Shown: in pieces, positions 1 to 8,879 of the stretch | Layout: each line of letters begins with the position of its first letter | How positions within the stretch are numbered: position 1 is the stretch's first letter | Source of the DNA: an uncultured Acidobacteriota bacterium | Lineage (GTDB): Bacteria; Acidobacteriota; Vicinamibacteria; Vicinamibacterales; Fen-181 | DNA: 64,000 nt | Assembly (NCBI GenBank): GCA_963717945.1 | Contig: CAVQXT010000007.1 | Location: forward strand, 1,006,808 to 1,070,807 | Direction: 5' to 3' | Translations under genes and position numbers: made by a program | The notes under the pieces: generated by a model | Database searches by the model: none | Told to the model about the DNA's origin: nothing | The model's input: the letters and a program-made list of their open reading frames with translations, nothing else

Positions 1-1295
1 GCGGCGTACACATACGTGCCGGTCGGCTGCGCGGCGTTATACGTGTCGGCATCCGACGTGTTGGCGAGCCGCTTGAGGATATTGGCTCCGTACTCGCTCG
101 ACCCGTAGGCGCACGTGGTGACCTCGTTGCTGTTCAGCATGGCGCCGAGGCCGATGGAGTAGATGGTGATGGCCGAGTTTCCCGCGGCCCCGCGCGCCGC
201 ATTGGCCACGTTCTCCACCATGTTCCTGGCCGCCCTGTTCACGTTGCACCAGGTGTTGGTGGCCGGGTTGCCCGAGAGGATCCGGGCGGCGTTGAAACTC
301 GCGAGATTCACCGTGCTCGTGTAGTCGGCCACGGGCAAGGTCAAAATATTGGTGGCCGTCGCAGGGTCGCTCGACACGAAGATCTGGTTGATGGTGTACA
401 GATCGCCCGGTTTGCCGCTGCTCCCGCCCTGCGACCACAGTCCGCCCGTGACGGCATGGGGGCTCGTTCCATGTGAGTTGTAGTCGGTGAAGGTACCGGA
501 CACGATGTTCGGCGCGCCGTCGCTGAAAAAGACGATCACCCTCAGGGTGGAGCGGAGAGTCGACGGGATCACATCGAGCTCCGCCTTGGCAATCCTCATC
601 GCCTCTTCGGCGTTGGTCGCGCCGTTGGCGGACTTGGCGTTGATGTGCCCGATCAGGTCCGACTTGCTGAAGCCCCGGTTGGCGTCCTTGTTGATCGCCG
701 CGTCCAGCACGGCGCCGGAAGCAAACGTGACCAGGCCGATCCTGTCCCCTCCCGACCCCTCCTGGAAGCCGTTCACGAAGGTGATGGCCGCGCTCTGCAG
801 GTCCTCGAACGTCCCGTGAGGTGAGGCCAGCGACCCGGAGCAGTCGAGGACGATCATCATGTCCAGCGTCTTGACCGTCGCTTCCGCCGACGAGAAGACG
901 TTGATCGGGATGTTGAAGATCCGGCCGAAGAACACCGGCGCCACGGCCGAGGCCGAGACGTCGATCGTCCAGGTGCCGGCATTGTTCTCGAGTCTGTCGA
1001 TGCTGAGCGCCGGACTGGTCGATCCCAAGATGCCCGTCGGGAAGTTCGCGTCGAAGAAGCTGGTCGCGGCCTGCCTGGCGTTCGCCTTTCGCGTGATGTC
1101 GTCCGCGCCGTTCTTCACCGACCTGCCGGCTTGAAGAGCGGCGGCATCGACGGCCGAGTTGAGCTTGGCCTTGACCGCATACGCCATCCCCAGGTCAACG
1201 GCAAAGGCGCACAGCGCAACCAGCAGCAGGAGCACGATCGCCGTCAGGATCAGGGCCTGTCCCTCGGTGCGTCTCAACAGCGATTTGAATCCCAT
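1..1295 (-). CDS. TadG-like Flp-pilus assembly protein with vWA domain (3' end runs off the window)
   Basis: Own translation of the minus strand from ATG 1295-1293, with GAGGAG upstream. It reads MGFKSLLRRTEGQALILTAIVLLLLVALCAFAVDLGMAY (TadE/G-like N-terminal segment), and later TLDMMIVLDCSGSL (vWA MIDAS-like DxSxS), in frame with the start. It is absent from the ORF track because no stop lies inside the window. Confidence 0.7.
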   Translation of the reverse strand, partial: MGFKSLLRRTEGQALILTAIVLLLLVALCAFAVDLGMAYAVKAKLNSAVDAAALQAGRSVKNGADDITRKANARQAATSFFDANFPTGILGSTSPALSIDRLENNAGTWTIDVSASAVAPVFFGRIFNIPINVFSSAEATVKTLDMMIVLDCSGSLASPHGTFEDLQSAAITFVNGFQEGSGGDRIGLVTFASGAVLDAAINKDANRGFSKSDLIGHINAKSANGATNAEEAMRIAKAELDVIPSTLRSTLRVIVFFSDGAPNIVSGTFTDYNSHGTSPHAVTGGLWSQGGSSGKPGDLYTINQIFVSSDPATATNILTLPVADYTSTVNLASFNAARILSGNPATNTWCNVNRAARNMVENVANAARGAAGNSAITIYSIGLGAMLNSNEVTTCAYGSSEYGANILKRLANTSDADTYNAAQPTGTYVYA

Positions 1296-1324
1296 GGCGT
1301 CTCCTCGGCAAGTTCAGGGCGTTA

Positions 1325-1852
1325 TCAGAAGATCGAGCGCGAGGCGAGCGTCGGATTGAACAGGGCTCCCAGGAAGAAGCTCTGGTATCGATAGTACACC
1401 TCGACACCGTACGCCACCTGTCCCGGCGCGAGCGTGATCCCGTTAAGGGCCGCCGCCGACCCATTCCTGGACGGCATCGGGCTGAGCGTGCTGCCGTTCC
1501 AGGCGAGTGACAGGGTGATCGTGTTCGTGTTATTGACGCGCTCCACCTTGTAGATGTACATCATGCCCTGGGCCGTCATGTTGAGCGGCTGCGCCGTCTG
1601 GCCGACCAGGTCCATGACGTTCTGGAAGTCCGCCAGTTCGTCGCCCGAGAGATTCTGGTTGGCCCGCGAAATCAGGTTCGCCGCCTCCCGGCTCATGTTC
1701 GTGATGACGGCCTGCGCATGGATCGCCCTGCCGTAATCGAAGGCCCCCATCATCAGCACCAGGAGCAGCGGCACCACCAGCGCGACCTCGATAATCGCCT
1801 GGCCTTTCTCGCCGGACAGCCGTTCGATGGGACGGGAAAGAGTCTTCCGCAT
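1325..1852 (-). CDS. TadE/TadF-like pilus assembly protein
   Basis: Distal part of ORF 1325..2143. ATG at 1852 gives MRKTLSRPIERLSGEKGQAIIEVALVVPLLLVLMMGAFDYGR, a TadE-like N-terminal motif. The upstream ORF extension is R/H-rich and overlaps the next gene. Confidence 0.7.
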   Translation of the reverse strand: MRKTLSRPIERLSGEKGQAIIEVALVVPLLLVLMMGAFDYGRAIHAQAVITNMSREAANLISRANQNLSGDELADFQNVMDLVGQTAQPLNMTAQGMMYIYKVERVNNTNTITLSLAWNGSTLSPMPSRNGSAAALNGITLAPGQVAYGVEVYYRYQSFFLGALFNPTLASRSIF

Positions 1853-1854
1853 GA

Positions 1855-2367
1855 TCAACTGGACGGCTCGTTGACCACCGTCGCCTTGACGGTGAAGGTG
1901 TACATGCCGTTTGTGAAGAAGGGCTTGAGGAACGGCGTCAGCAGCGGCCACGAATAATCGAGTCTCACGGTGATTGGCTGTTGCGGCGTGCCGCAGGAGC
2001 CGTCGCTGATCGCCGTGCCGGAGGTGCCGGAGACGTGGCCGAGCGACTGGGCGCTGATGACCGGCGTCTTCGAGGCGCTGGCGTTCTGGTCGTAAAACCC
2101 CATGGACTGCGCGTCGATGTTGGCAATCATGGCCGCCGCGCAACTCGAGCCGGGACTGATCACGGCGAGGCGGGATCCCGACCTCACGGCGTGCTGCATG
2201 GTCTGCTGGACGAAGAACATGAGGGCGAAATCCATCATGGTGAACAGGAACGTGAAGAAGATGACGGCGGCCAGCGCAAACTCGATCAACGACTGTCCGT
2301 CGTCGTTTCCCAGCGCCGGGGCGCCTGGTGGTCTTTCAGCCGTTTTCGATGCGTCGTGGTTCATCAT
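1855..2367 (-). CDS. TadE-like pilus assembly protein
   Basis: ORF 1855..2409. It contains GQSLIEFALAAVIFFTFLFTMMDFALMFF (TadE-like). I place the start at ATGATG 2367/2364 because a sigma-54 promoter occupies 2410-2424 and overlaps the TTG start at 2409. Confidence 0.65.
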   Translation of the reverse strand: MMNHDASKTAERPPGAPALGNDDGQSLIEFALAAVIFFTFLFTMMDFALMFFVQQTMQHAVRSGSRLAVISPGSSCAAAMIANIDAQSMGFYDQNASASKTPVISAQSLGHVSGTSGTAISDGSCGTPQQPITVRLDYSWPLLTPFLKPFFTNGMYTFTVKATVVNEPSS

Positions 2368-2405
2368 GGAAACCGCCGCCAGGAAACGCCATGTCGAAGT
2401 CCAAC

Positions 2406-2846
2406 TCAAGCAAAATCGGTGCCATGGACCGATTCGCCGGCCGCCGCCACCGGAGGCGCGGCCTCGACAGCGATCCTGTCGCCCGTCTGCGTCCCCGACC
2501 GCCCGATCATGCCAACTTCTCCCTCGACGACGGCGAACGCACGCCAGGCCGCCGCGATGCGCCAGGGGCGAACGTTCGGGCAGGTCTTCACCACCGTGCC
2601 GTCCTTCGCCACGAATATGATATCGAGCGGAAACCGCATGAAGAACATGTGCACGCTGTTTCCGGGCGCGATCACCATCGCGCTGCCCGGGAGCAGGCCG
2701 TCGCGCCCGAGCAGCCCCCGGTTGCGAGCCGCCGACTCGAATGCCGGCTCGAGGCGCGTGGCCAGGACCGTGCCCCGGTCCACGTTGACCAGTCGGTGAG
2801 CCGCGCCCGGCCGGTCGAGCATCGGGGCGAGGAACATCGACCGCAT
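2406..2846 (-). CDS. DUF192-like protein
   Basis: Distal 146 aa of ORF 2406..3962, starting [25 protein letters not shown] and containing MVIAPGNSVHMFFMRFPLDIIFVAKDGTVV. The start overlaps the stop of the upstream gene (TGATG). Confidence 0.55.
   Translation of the reverse strand: MRSMFLAPMLDRPGAAHRLVNVDRGTVLATRLEPAFESAARNRGLLGRDGLLPGSAMVIAPGNSVHMFFMRFPLDIIFVAKDGTVVKTCPNVRPWRIAAAWRAFAVVEGEVGMIGRSGTQTGDRIAVEAAPPVAAAGESVHGTDFA
2410..2424 (-). promoter_or_regulatory. sigma-54 (-24/-12) promoter TGGCAC-N5-TTGC
   Basis: The reverse complement of 2410-2424 is TGGCACCGATTTTGC and the next base gives TTGCT. It lies ~43 nt upstream of ATG 2367, and a sigma-54 activator is encoded at 2846..4174. Confidence 0.6.
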
Positions 2847-4174
2847 CAGAGACACCCGCCGCCGCCGCTCGTGGCCGTCGGCAGGCGGGACCGGGGCGAC
2901 CGGGACTCGCGCGCGTCGCTCTGCGGCGCGGCCGCCCGGCCCGCGGCAGGGCCGCTCTTCGCGCCGCTCCGATAGGGGTGGAAATCCACCACGCAGTCGT
3001 GCGTCGTCAGGAAGTTCAGGAAGCGCTTGTAGTCGGTCGCCGGCATGCCGAACAGCCGAACCAGCGCGCGGTAGTTGCCCAGGGTGGTCGCCAGGCCGCG
3101 TCCCACGAGATCCCGGATGTCGCGCCGTGTCAGGTCGCGCGCGAGAAACAGCGGGTGAACGTGTTCCCAGAACGACACGGTGCCCTCGGTGAGCGACTTG
3201 TAGAGATCGTCGGCCAGTTGCCGCCGTCGCTCCGGCACCGCCAGGATCCGCCCCGCGCGCCCTGGCTGCATCGCCGCCGGCAGATCGTCGGGCTCGACGA
3301 CGTCGCCGCCGCTCGTCCAGATGAGCCGTTCGACGACGTTCTGCAGCTCGCGCACGTTGCCGGGCCACCGGTAGGTCTCGAGGGCGCGGAGCGCGTCGTC
3401 GCTGAAGCGGATCTTGCGCTCGGCTTTCGACACCATGTGGAGCACGAGCGCCCTGACGTCCGCCGGGCGCTCGCGGAGGGGCGGCACGTGAAGGTGCACG
3501 ACGTCGAGGCGGTAGAGCAGGTCCTCCCGGAACTGCCCCGACGACACGGCCTGGTGGAGGTCCCGATTGGTGGCGGCGATGATCCGGACGTCCAGCCGCT
3601 CGCGCCCGTGGTCGGCGCCGACCGGCTGGATTTCGCCGCTCTCGAGGAAGCGGAGGAGCAGGACCTGCATCCGCAGGCTCATGTCGCCCACTTCGTCGAG
3701 GAAGAGCGTGCCGTCGTGCGCGAGCCGCAGCTTGCCGGTCGCGTCGCGCACGGCCCCGGTGAACGAGCCCTTCGCGTGGCCGAACAGCTCGGACTCGAGC
3801 AGGCTTTCGGGGACGCCGGCGCAGTTGATGGCCACAAAGGCGGCGGCCGCCCGCCTGGAGAGGAAGTGGACGAGCCGCGCGATCAGATCCTTGCCGACGC
3901 CGCTCTCGCCGGTGATCAACACCTTCGCGTCGCTCTCGGCCACGCGCCCGGCGAGCGAACACAGCTCCCGCAGCGCGTCGCTCTGGCCGACGATCAGCGG
4001 CCTGGCGACGCCGGCAGCCACGGTCGGCGACGACAGTGAGCTATCGGGCGCTTCGGCTGACACCTGTTCTCCAACCCGAATGGCGTCGAGAGCGGACACA
4101 CTATAGCACGATCGCTGCCAGTTCTCGGAATCCCGGTGCGGCCGCGTCGATTTGGCCGCCTGTTTTTTGGTCAC
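2846..4174 (-). CDS. sigma-54-dependent transcriptional activator (AAA+), no recognisable N-terminal sensor domain
   Basis: ORF 2846..4174. Walker [15 protein letters not shown] loop ([11 protein letters not shown]), RELQNVVER, and a C-terminal HTH-like region. GTG start at 4174. Confidence 0.85.
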   Translation of the reverse strand: MTKKQAAKSTRPHRDSENWQRSCYSVSALDAIRVGEQVSAEAPDSSLSSPTVAAGVARPLIVGQSDALRELCSLAGRVAESDAKVLITGESGVGKDLIARLVHFLSRRAAAAFVAINCAGVPESLLESELFGHAKGSFTGAVRDATGKLRLAHDGTLFLDEVGDMSLRMQVLLLRFLESGEIQPVGADHGRERLDVRIIAATNRDLHQAVSSGQFREDLLYRLDVVHLHVPPLRERPADVRALVLHMVSKAERKIRFSDDALRALETYRWPGNVRELQNVVERLIWTSGGDVVEPDDLPAAMQPGRAGRILAVPERRRQLADDLYKSLTEGTVSFWEHVHPLFLARDLTRRDIRDLVGRGLATTLGNYRALVRLFGMPATDYKRFLNFLTTHDCVVDFHPYRSGAKSGPAAGRAAAPQSDARESRSPRSRLPTATSGGGGCL

Positions 4175-4317
4175 CTGACAGAAGGTTGTTTTCTGGCAGA
4201 CATTGTTCCTCCCAACGAGGGCAAGAGGAGACTTTGCGTGAACGCGCTGGCCGGACTGGCGATCCCGTTGTCGAATCCCCGGTCGGGTCCGAGTTGTCCC
4301 GCGCGGAGCCGACTATG

Positions 4318-4368
4318 TTCCTGGAAGAACCAGGAATCCGGCCCGACACCGGGCCGTGGCTTTTGTGG
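4318..4368 (+). promoter_or_regulatory. Two leader hairpins upstream of the glycan cluster (candidate operator/attenuator)
   Basis: TTCCTGG-aagaa-CCAGGAA (4318-4336), followed by GGCCCG-acac-CGGGCC and GTGGCTTTTGTGG (4340-4368). Confidence 0.25.
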
Positions 4369-4418
4369 GATACTGCGTGCCTCGCCACAGAGGCGGAGCG
4401 GGAGCAGGGGTATCTGCG

Positions 4419-6192
4419 ATGGAAGGCAGCGTGAGTCCCAGCCAGGGGTTCGGGACGTTCTTCAATCGGGTCCTCCTGGTTCTGATCGCCGTCGCGGCCC
4501 TGCTGAGGGGTGCGCTGGTCTTCCGCCTGAACATCGACGGGGACGAGTTCCGATTTCTGTCGCTCGTGTACCGAGTACCTGCGGGGCCAACTCGCCACCC
4601 CGCTGATGACGATCCACGTGTATCTGTTCCGGTGGCTCCCGGCGGTCTCGACCAACGAGGCGGACCAGGTTGTCGCCGCGCGGGTGGTGATGCTCGCGCT
4701 CGCGCTGGGCTCCGCGGTCCTCACGTACCTGATCGCGAGAAGCTGTCTCTCCCGCCCGGGGGCCTTGTTCGCCGCGCTCTGTTATCTCACCTTCTCGAAC
4801 GTCGTCGTCCACGGAGCCAGCTTCCGGTTCGACCCGATCTGCTCGTTCTTCTTCCTGCTCTCTCTCTGCCTGGTGCTTTCGGCGCGCACGCGCGGGGTCA
4901 CCGGGCTGATCCTGGCCGGCGCGTGCCTCTCCGTGTCGCTGCTGGTCAGCTTGAAGTCGGTCTTCTTGATTCCGACGGCGGCGATCGTGCTCGCCATCGT
5001 GGTCCGATTCGAACACGCGAAGGGCGGCTGGAGGCCCTGGGCCTGGTTCGGCGCGGGCTCGGTGCTGGTCTCGGTTCCGCTGCTCTGGCTGCACAGCGGG
5101 CGACTCCCGCGAGGCGCCGAGGGTGCGCCGGCGGCCGCCGGCCGCCTGGCCCACGCCGTGCTGGGCCAGGCCGGTTTCTTCCCCCAGTGGCGCTACCTGC
5201 TGCTCAGCGTCCTGGAGAACCCGCTCGTCTGGGTTCTGCTCGCGCTGGGACTGGCGATGACGGCCAGGCGGGTGTTCCCCGTGAGGAGCGCCGCGAAGCG
5301 GGACCTCCTGCTCCTGAGCTTCTCCCTTCCCCTGGCGTCGCTGTCCTTCTACGGCTACGCGTATCCGTACTTCATCGCGGCGGTCATCGCGCCGGCGGTG
5401 GTGTTCTGCGGGGTCGTGTTCGACAGGCTCTACTCGAGGATGGAGGAGCACCCCGGGCACGCGGTGTGGCTCCTGCTGTTCATCCAGGTGGTGTTCGGCG
5501 GTTTCCTCGTCCAGTACCTCGGCTACTCGAACGACGAGGTCTCCCCCCAGCGGCAGACGCTGCAGGTGGTCCACGAGCTGTTCCCGGAGCCCGTCCGCTA
5601 CATCGACTCGTGCTCGATGGTGTCAGCCTATCCGCAGGTCGGGCTCTTCATGACCTCGTGGGACCTGCAGAACTACTTCGACCGCGGAGAGCCGATCATG
5701 CGGGAGGTGCTGCGGCGCGAGGTGCCGGCGTTCCTCGTGGCAGACACGTATTACCTGGCTCTCGACCGGCCGTGGCGCGACACGCTGAACGGCGGCCGTC
5801 TCGGTCTGCTGCCCGGGGACTACGCGGTCTTGAGGGACAACTTCGTGCGTCACTGGGGAGCCCTCTACGTCCCCGGCAAGCGCGTGGACTTCGCCGCGGG
5901 CGAGGCGGAGAGAGACGTCGACATCCTGATTCCCGGCGTGTATACCCTGGAGGCGGAGGACGGGGTCAGGATCGGCGGGGTCCTCGTCCGACCGGGGCAG
6001 ACGGTGTGGCTGGAGAGCGCCAGGGTCACGATCTCGCCCGCGAGAGCGCCCACGACGATCGTGCTTCGCCGGGGGGACCACCTCCGGAGGCCGTCGGCCC
6101 CGCCGCCCGGCCAGCCGCTCTTCGACGGATACTACTGGCGTACGCAGCCCTTTCCCTCTCCCGAGGAGCGCCGCAGGACATGGTCGAACTGA
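4419..6192 (+). CDS. GT-C fold membrane glycosyltransferase (PMT_2/ArnT-like) with an apparent +1 frame break at ~4572
   Basis: ORF 4606..6192 is a polytopic membrane protein. The missing N-terminus (MEGSVSPSQGFGTFFNRVLLVLIAVAALLRGALVFRLNIDGDEFRFLSLVY: TM1 plus a DE loop motif) is in another frame at 4419-4571. Skipping C4572 joins ...LVY to EYLRGQLATPLMTIHVYLF. Confidence 0.7.
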
Positions 6193-6381
6193 ACCCGCGG
6201 ACGACAGGTCAATGGCCCGGGGGCTCCGACATGGTGGCCGAGCGTGCCTGAGCGTCTGGAACGTCCTGCCCGGACCGTGAAACGCGCCGCGCTCGGGATC
6301 GCGCACGAGCTTTCGCTGGCCAGGCTGCGCGTCGAGGCCTGGCTCGCCGCATCCGGCAAGCGGCCGCGCCCCCCACGGATC

Positions 6382-7659
6382 ATGTCGAGCGGTGTCTGGA
6401 CATTTCCCGTCTACTCGCAGACATTCGTGCACCAGGAGGTCCTGGCGCTGGCGCGGGCCGGCTTTCCGGTCCGGTTCCTCTACGAGCAGCTCGGTCCCCG
6501 CGCCGAGCTCGCGCACACCTGCGACGATCTCTGGCCCCTCAAGCGGCGGCTCCTGCTGCACGCCGCGACCGGTGCCGCCGACCTCGCGCGATTCCGGCGC
6601 CGCATGCCCGCGAAGGTCGAGGCCCTGACGCAGCTCATCGCCACGGCCGCCGGGATGCGGACCGAGGAGGTCGAACGACACGAGTCCTTCCTCCAGGCGT
6701 TCTCGTACGCCAGGGCCGTCGAGGCCTGGCGGGCCGACTACCTGCACAGCTATTTCTTCTACGAACAGACGCTGTTTGCGCTGGTCGCCTCCCAGTTGCT
6801 GGACATTCCGCGCGGCGTGAGCTGCTATGCGGACCACATGCTGCGGGACTACCCGTTGAAGCTCGTGAATCTGCACCTGCAGACCTGCGACGTCGTCGTC
6901 GCGACCTCGCGCCGGATTCACGCCGAGCTCGAGACGCTGCACGGCGCGCCGCTGCCCCAGGTCGTCGTCAAGCCGAACGCGATCGACACGTCCGGTTTCC
7001 GGGTGAAGAACGGGCGGTCCCGGGCCGCCGGCACGCCGCTGCGGCTGCTGTGCGTGAGCCGGCTCGATCCCAAGAAGGGCCTCGAGTTCCTGATCGACGC
7101 GATGCGCGTGCTGACCGACCGCGGCGTGCCTGTGGTGGCGCACGTCGTCGGCGCGCCCGACACGCATTCGTCCGAGAGCCGCGACTACGCCGCGGCTCTC
7201 CGTGTCCGCGCCGCCGGACTCGGCCTGACCGACGCGGTGCGCTTCGCCGGGCGGCGGACCAGTCGCGAGGTCCGCGTCTTCCTCGCCGAGGCGGACGTGT
7301 TCGTCGCGCCGTTCGTCGATCTCCCGAGCGGCGACAAGGACGGGATTCCCACGGCCGTGCTCGAGGCGATGGCCGCCGGCAGCGTCATCGTGGCGACCGA
7401 CGCGGGCTCCATCCGCGAGATGATCGACGACGGACGTCAGGGACTGATCGTGCCGCAGCGCGACGCCGCCGCGCTGGCCGCCGCCGTGCACCGACTGGCG
7501 GGAGACCCGGCGCTCGCCGCGCGACTGGGTTCGGGCGCCGCCGCGCGCGCCCGCCTCGAGTTCGACATCGGGAGGTCGGAGACGGCCTTTCACGACCTGG
7601 TGCGGCGCGCGGTCGAGGCTCGGCGCCGGGGACGCGCGAACTCCGAGGGTCGCCGGTGA
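6382..7659 (+). CDS. GT4-family (GT-B) glycosyltransferase, WcaL-like
   Basis: ORF 6244..7659, with Glycos_transf_1-type C-terminus DKDGIPTAVLEAMAAGSVIVATDAGSIREMI. Start is either ATG 6382 or GTG 6244. Confidence 0.8.
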   Translation: MSSGVWTFPVYSQTFVHQEVLALARAGFPVRFLYEQLGPRAELAHTCDDLWPLKRRLLLHAATGAADLARFRRRMPAKVEALTQLIATAAGMRTEEVERHESFLQAFSYARAVEAWRADYLHSYFFYEQTLFALVASQLLDIPRGVSCYADHMLRDYPLKLVNLHLQTCDVVVATSRRIHAELETLHGAPLPQVVVKPNAIDTSGFRVKNGRSRAAGTPLRLLCVSRLDPKKGLEFLIDAMRVLTDRGVPVVAHVVGAPDTHSSESRDYAAALRVRAAGLGLTDAVRFAGRRTSREVRVFLAEADVFVAPFVDLPSGDKDGIPTAVLEAMAAGSVIVATDAGSIREMIDDGRQGLIVPQRDAAALAAAVHRLAGDPALAARLGSGAAARARLEFDIGRSETAFHDLVRRAVEARRRGRANSEGRR

Positions 7660-8879
7660 GGATCGCCCTGCTCTCGTTCGAGTACCCGCCGGAGACCGGA
7701 TTCGGCGGCATCGGCACGTATACGTGGTACCACGCTCGCGCGCTGGTGAAGCTGGGCCACGAGGTGCACGTGCTGGCCGGCGCGCGCGCGCCGACCGCGC
7801 GCCGTTCCAGCGAGCACGACGGCGTCCGCGTGCACCGGTTCTGGGCGGATGGCGTGGCGATGGGCAGCTTCCACCGCCTGGGCGCCTTCAGGCTCTGGTG
7901 GACCCGGCAACGGCTGCAGAACGCGTGGAGCATGTATCGAGGCCTCTCGGCGCTGCACCGCGAGCACGGGTACGACGTGGTCGAGATGCCCGAATGCGGA
8001 GCCGAAGGCGCCCTGGTGACGCGCCTGCTGACGGTGCCCTCGGTCGTGCGGCTGCACTCGCCCGCGCGGCTCATCATGCGGTACTACGACGTGCGCCCGG
8101 CGGACATCCGGCTCTGCTCGGCGGTCGAGCGGCAGGCGGTCGCGCGCGCGACGGCGCTGACGGCGTGCTCGCGGTTCGTCGCCGGCGAGGCCAGGGCGAC
8201 GCTTGGCGTTCGGCGCGAGATCCGCTCCATCACGAACGGCCTCGATCTGGACTTCTTCGATGCGACGGCGGAGAGTTTCGACGCGTTCGACCGGTTCGAG
8301 CTGCCGCGGCGGCGCCTGTTGATCGTCTTCACCGGCCGGATGGAGCGCCGCAAGGGCGTCCACCTTCTTGCCGGCATCGCCTCGTCCATCCTCGAACGGT
8401 TCGACGTCACGTTCGCGCTCGCCGGCGACGATCTGTTCGGCTATGTGGCCGGGACGCTGCTGCCGGCGCTCGCCCCGCGGAAGCGGCAGGGGTCGGTACA
8501 CTGGCTCGGGGCGCTCGGCATGACGGAGGTGCGGCAACTGGTGCGCGCGGCGGACATCGTCCTGCTGCCGAGCCTCTGGGAGAACTGCCCGTATTCGTGT
8601 CTCGAGGCGATGGCCGCCGGCCGGGCCGTCGTCTGCGCCGATCAGGGCGGCATGCCCGAGTTGATCGAGGACGGCGTGAACGGATTGCGCGCGGCGCCGG
8701 GCGAGGTCGCGTCCTTCGTCCGGCGGGTCGAAGAGCTGATCGAAGATCCGGCACTCAGGGCGCGACTGGGACGCGCCGCGCGCGCGACGATCGAACAGCG
8801 GCACGGCGACACGCACGTCGCGCGCCAGGCGCTGGACGTCTACCACGGGCTCGTCGCGGGAAGGAGGTCGGCCGCGTGA
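7656..8879 (+). CDS. GT4-family glycosyltransferase
   Basis: In-frame GTG 7656 within ORF 7050..8879, overlapping the previous stop (GTGA). The protein reads VRIALLSFEYPPETGFGGIGTYTW ... SLWENCPYSCLEAMAAGRAVVCADQGGMPELI. Confidence 0.85.
   Translation: MRIALLSFEYPPETGFGGIGTYTWYHARALVKLGHEVHVLAGARAPTARRSSEHDGVRVHRFWADGVAMGSFHRLGAFRLWWTRQRLQNAWSMYRGLSALHREHGYDVVEMPECGAEGALVTRLLTVPSVVRLHSPARLIMRYYDVRPADIRLCSAVERQAVARATALTACSRFVAGEARATLGVRREIRSITNGLDLDFFDATAESFDAFDRFELPRRRLLIVFTGRMERRKGVHLLAGIASSILERFDVTFALAGDDLFGYVAGTLLPALAPRKRQGSVHWLGALGMTEVRQLVRAADIVLLPSLWENCPYSCLEAMAAGRAVVCADQGGMPELIEDGVNGLRAAPGEVASFVRRVEELIEDPALRARLGRAARATIEQRHGDTHVARQALDVYHGLVAGRRSAA

Noticed and set aside
4193-4208. TGGCAGacattGTTCC as a sigma-54 promoter for the glycan cluster
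   Set aside because: The -12 GC dinucleotide is missing (TC), so the match is too weak.
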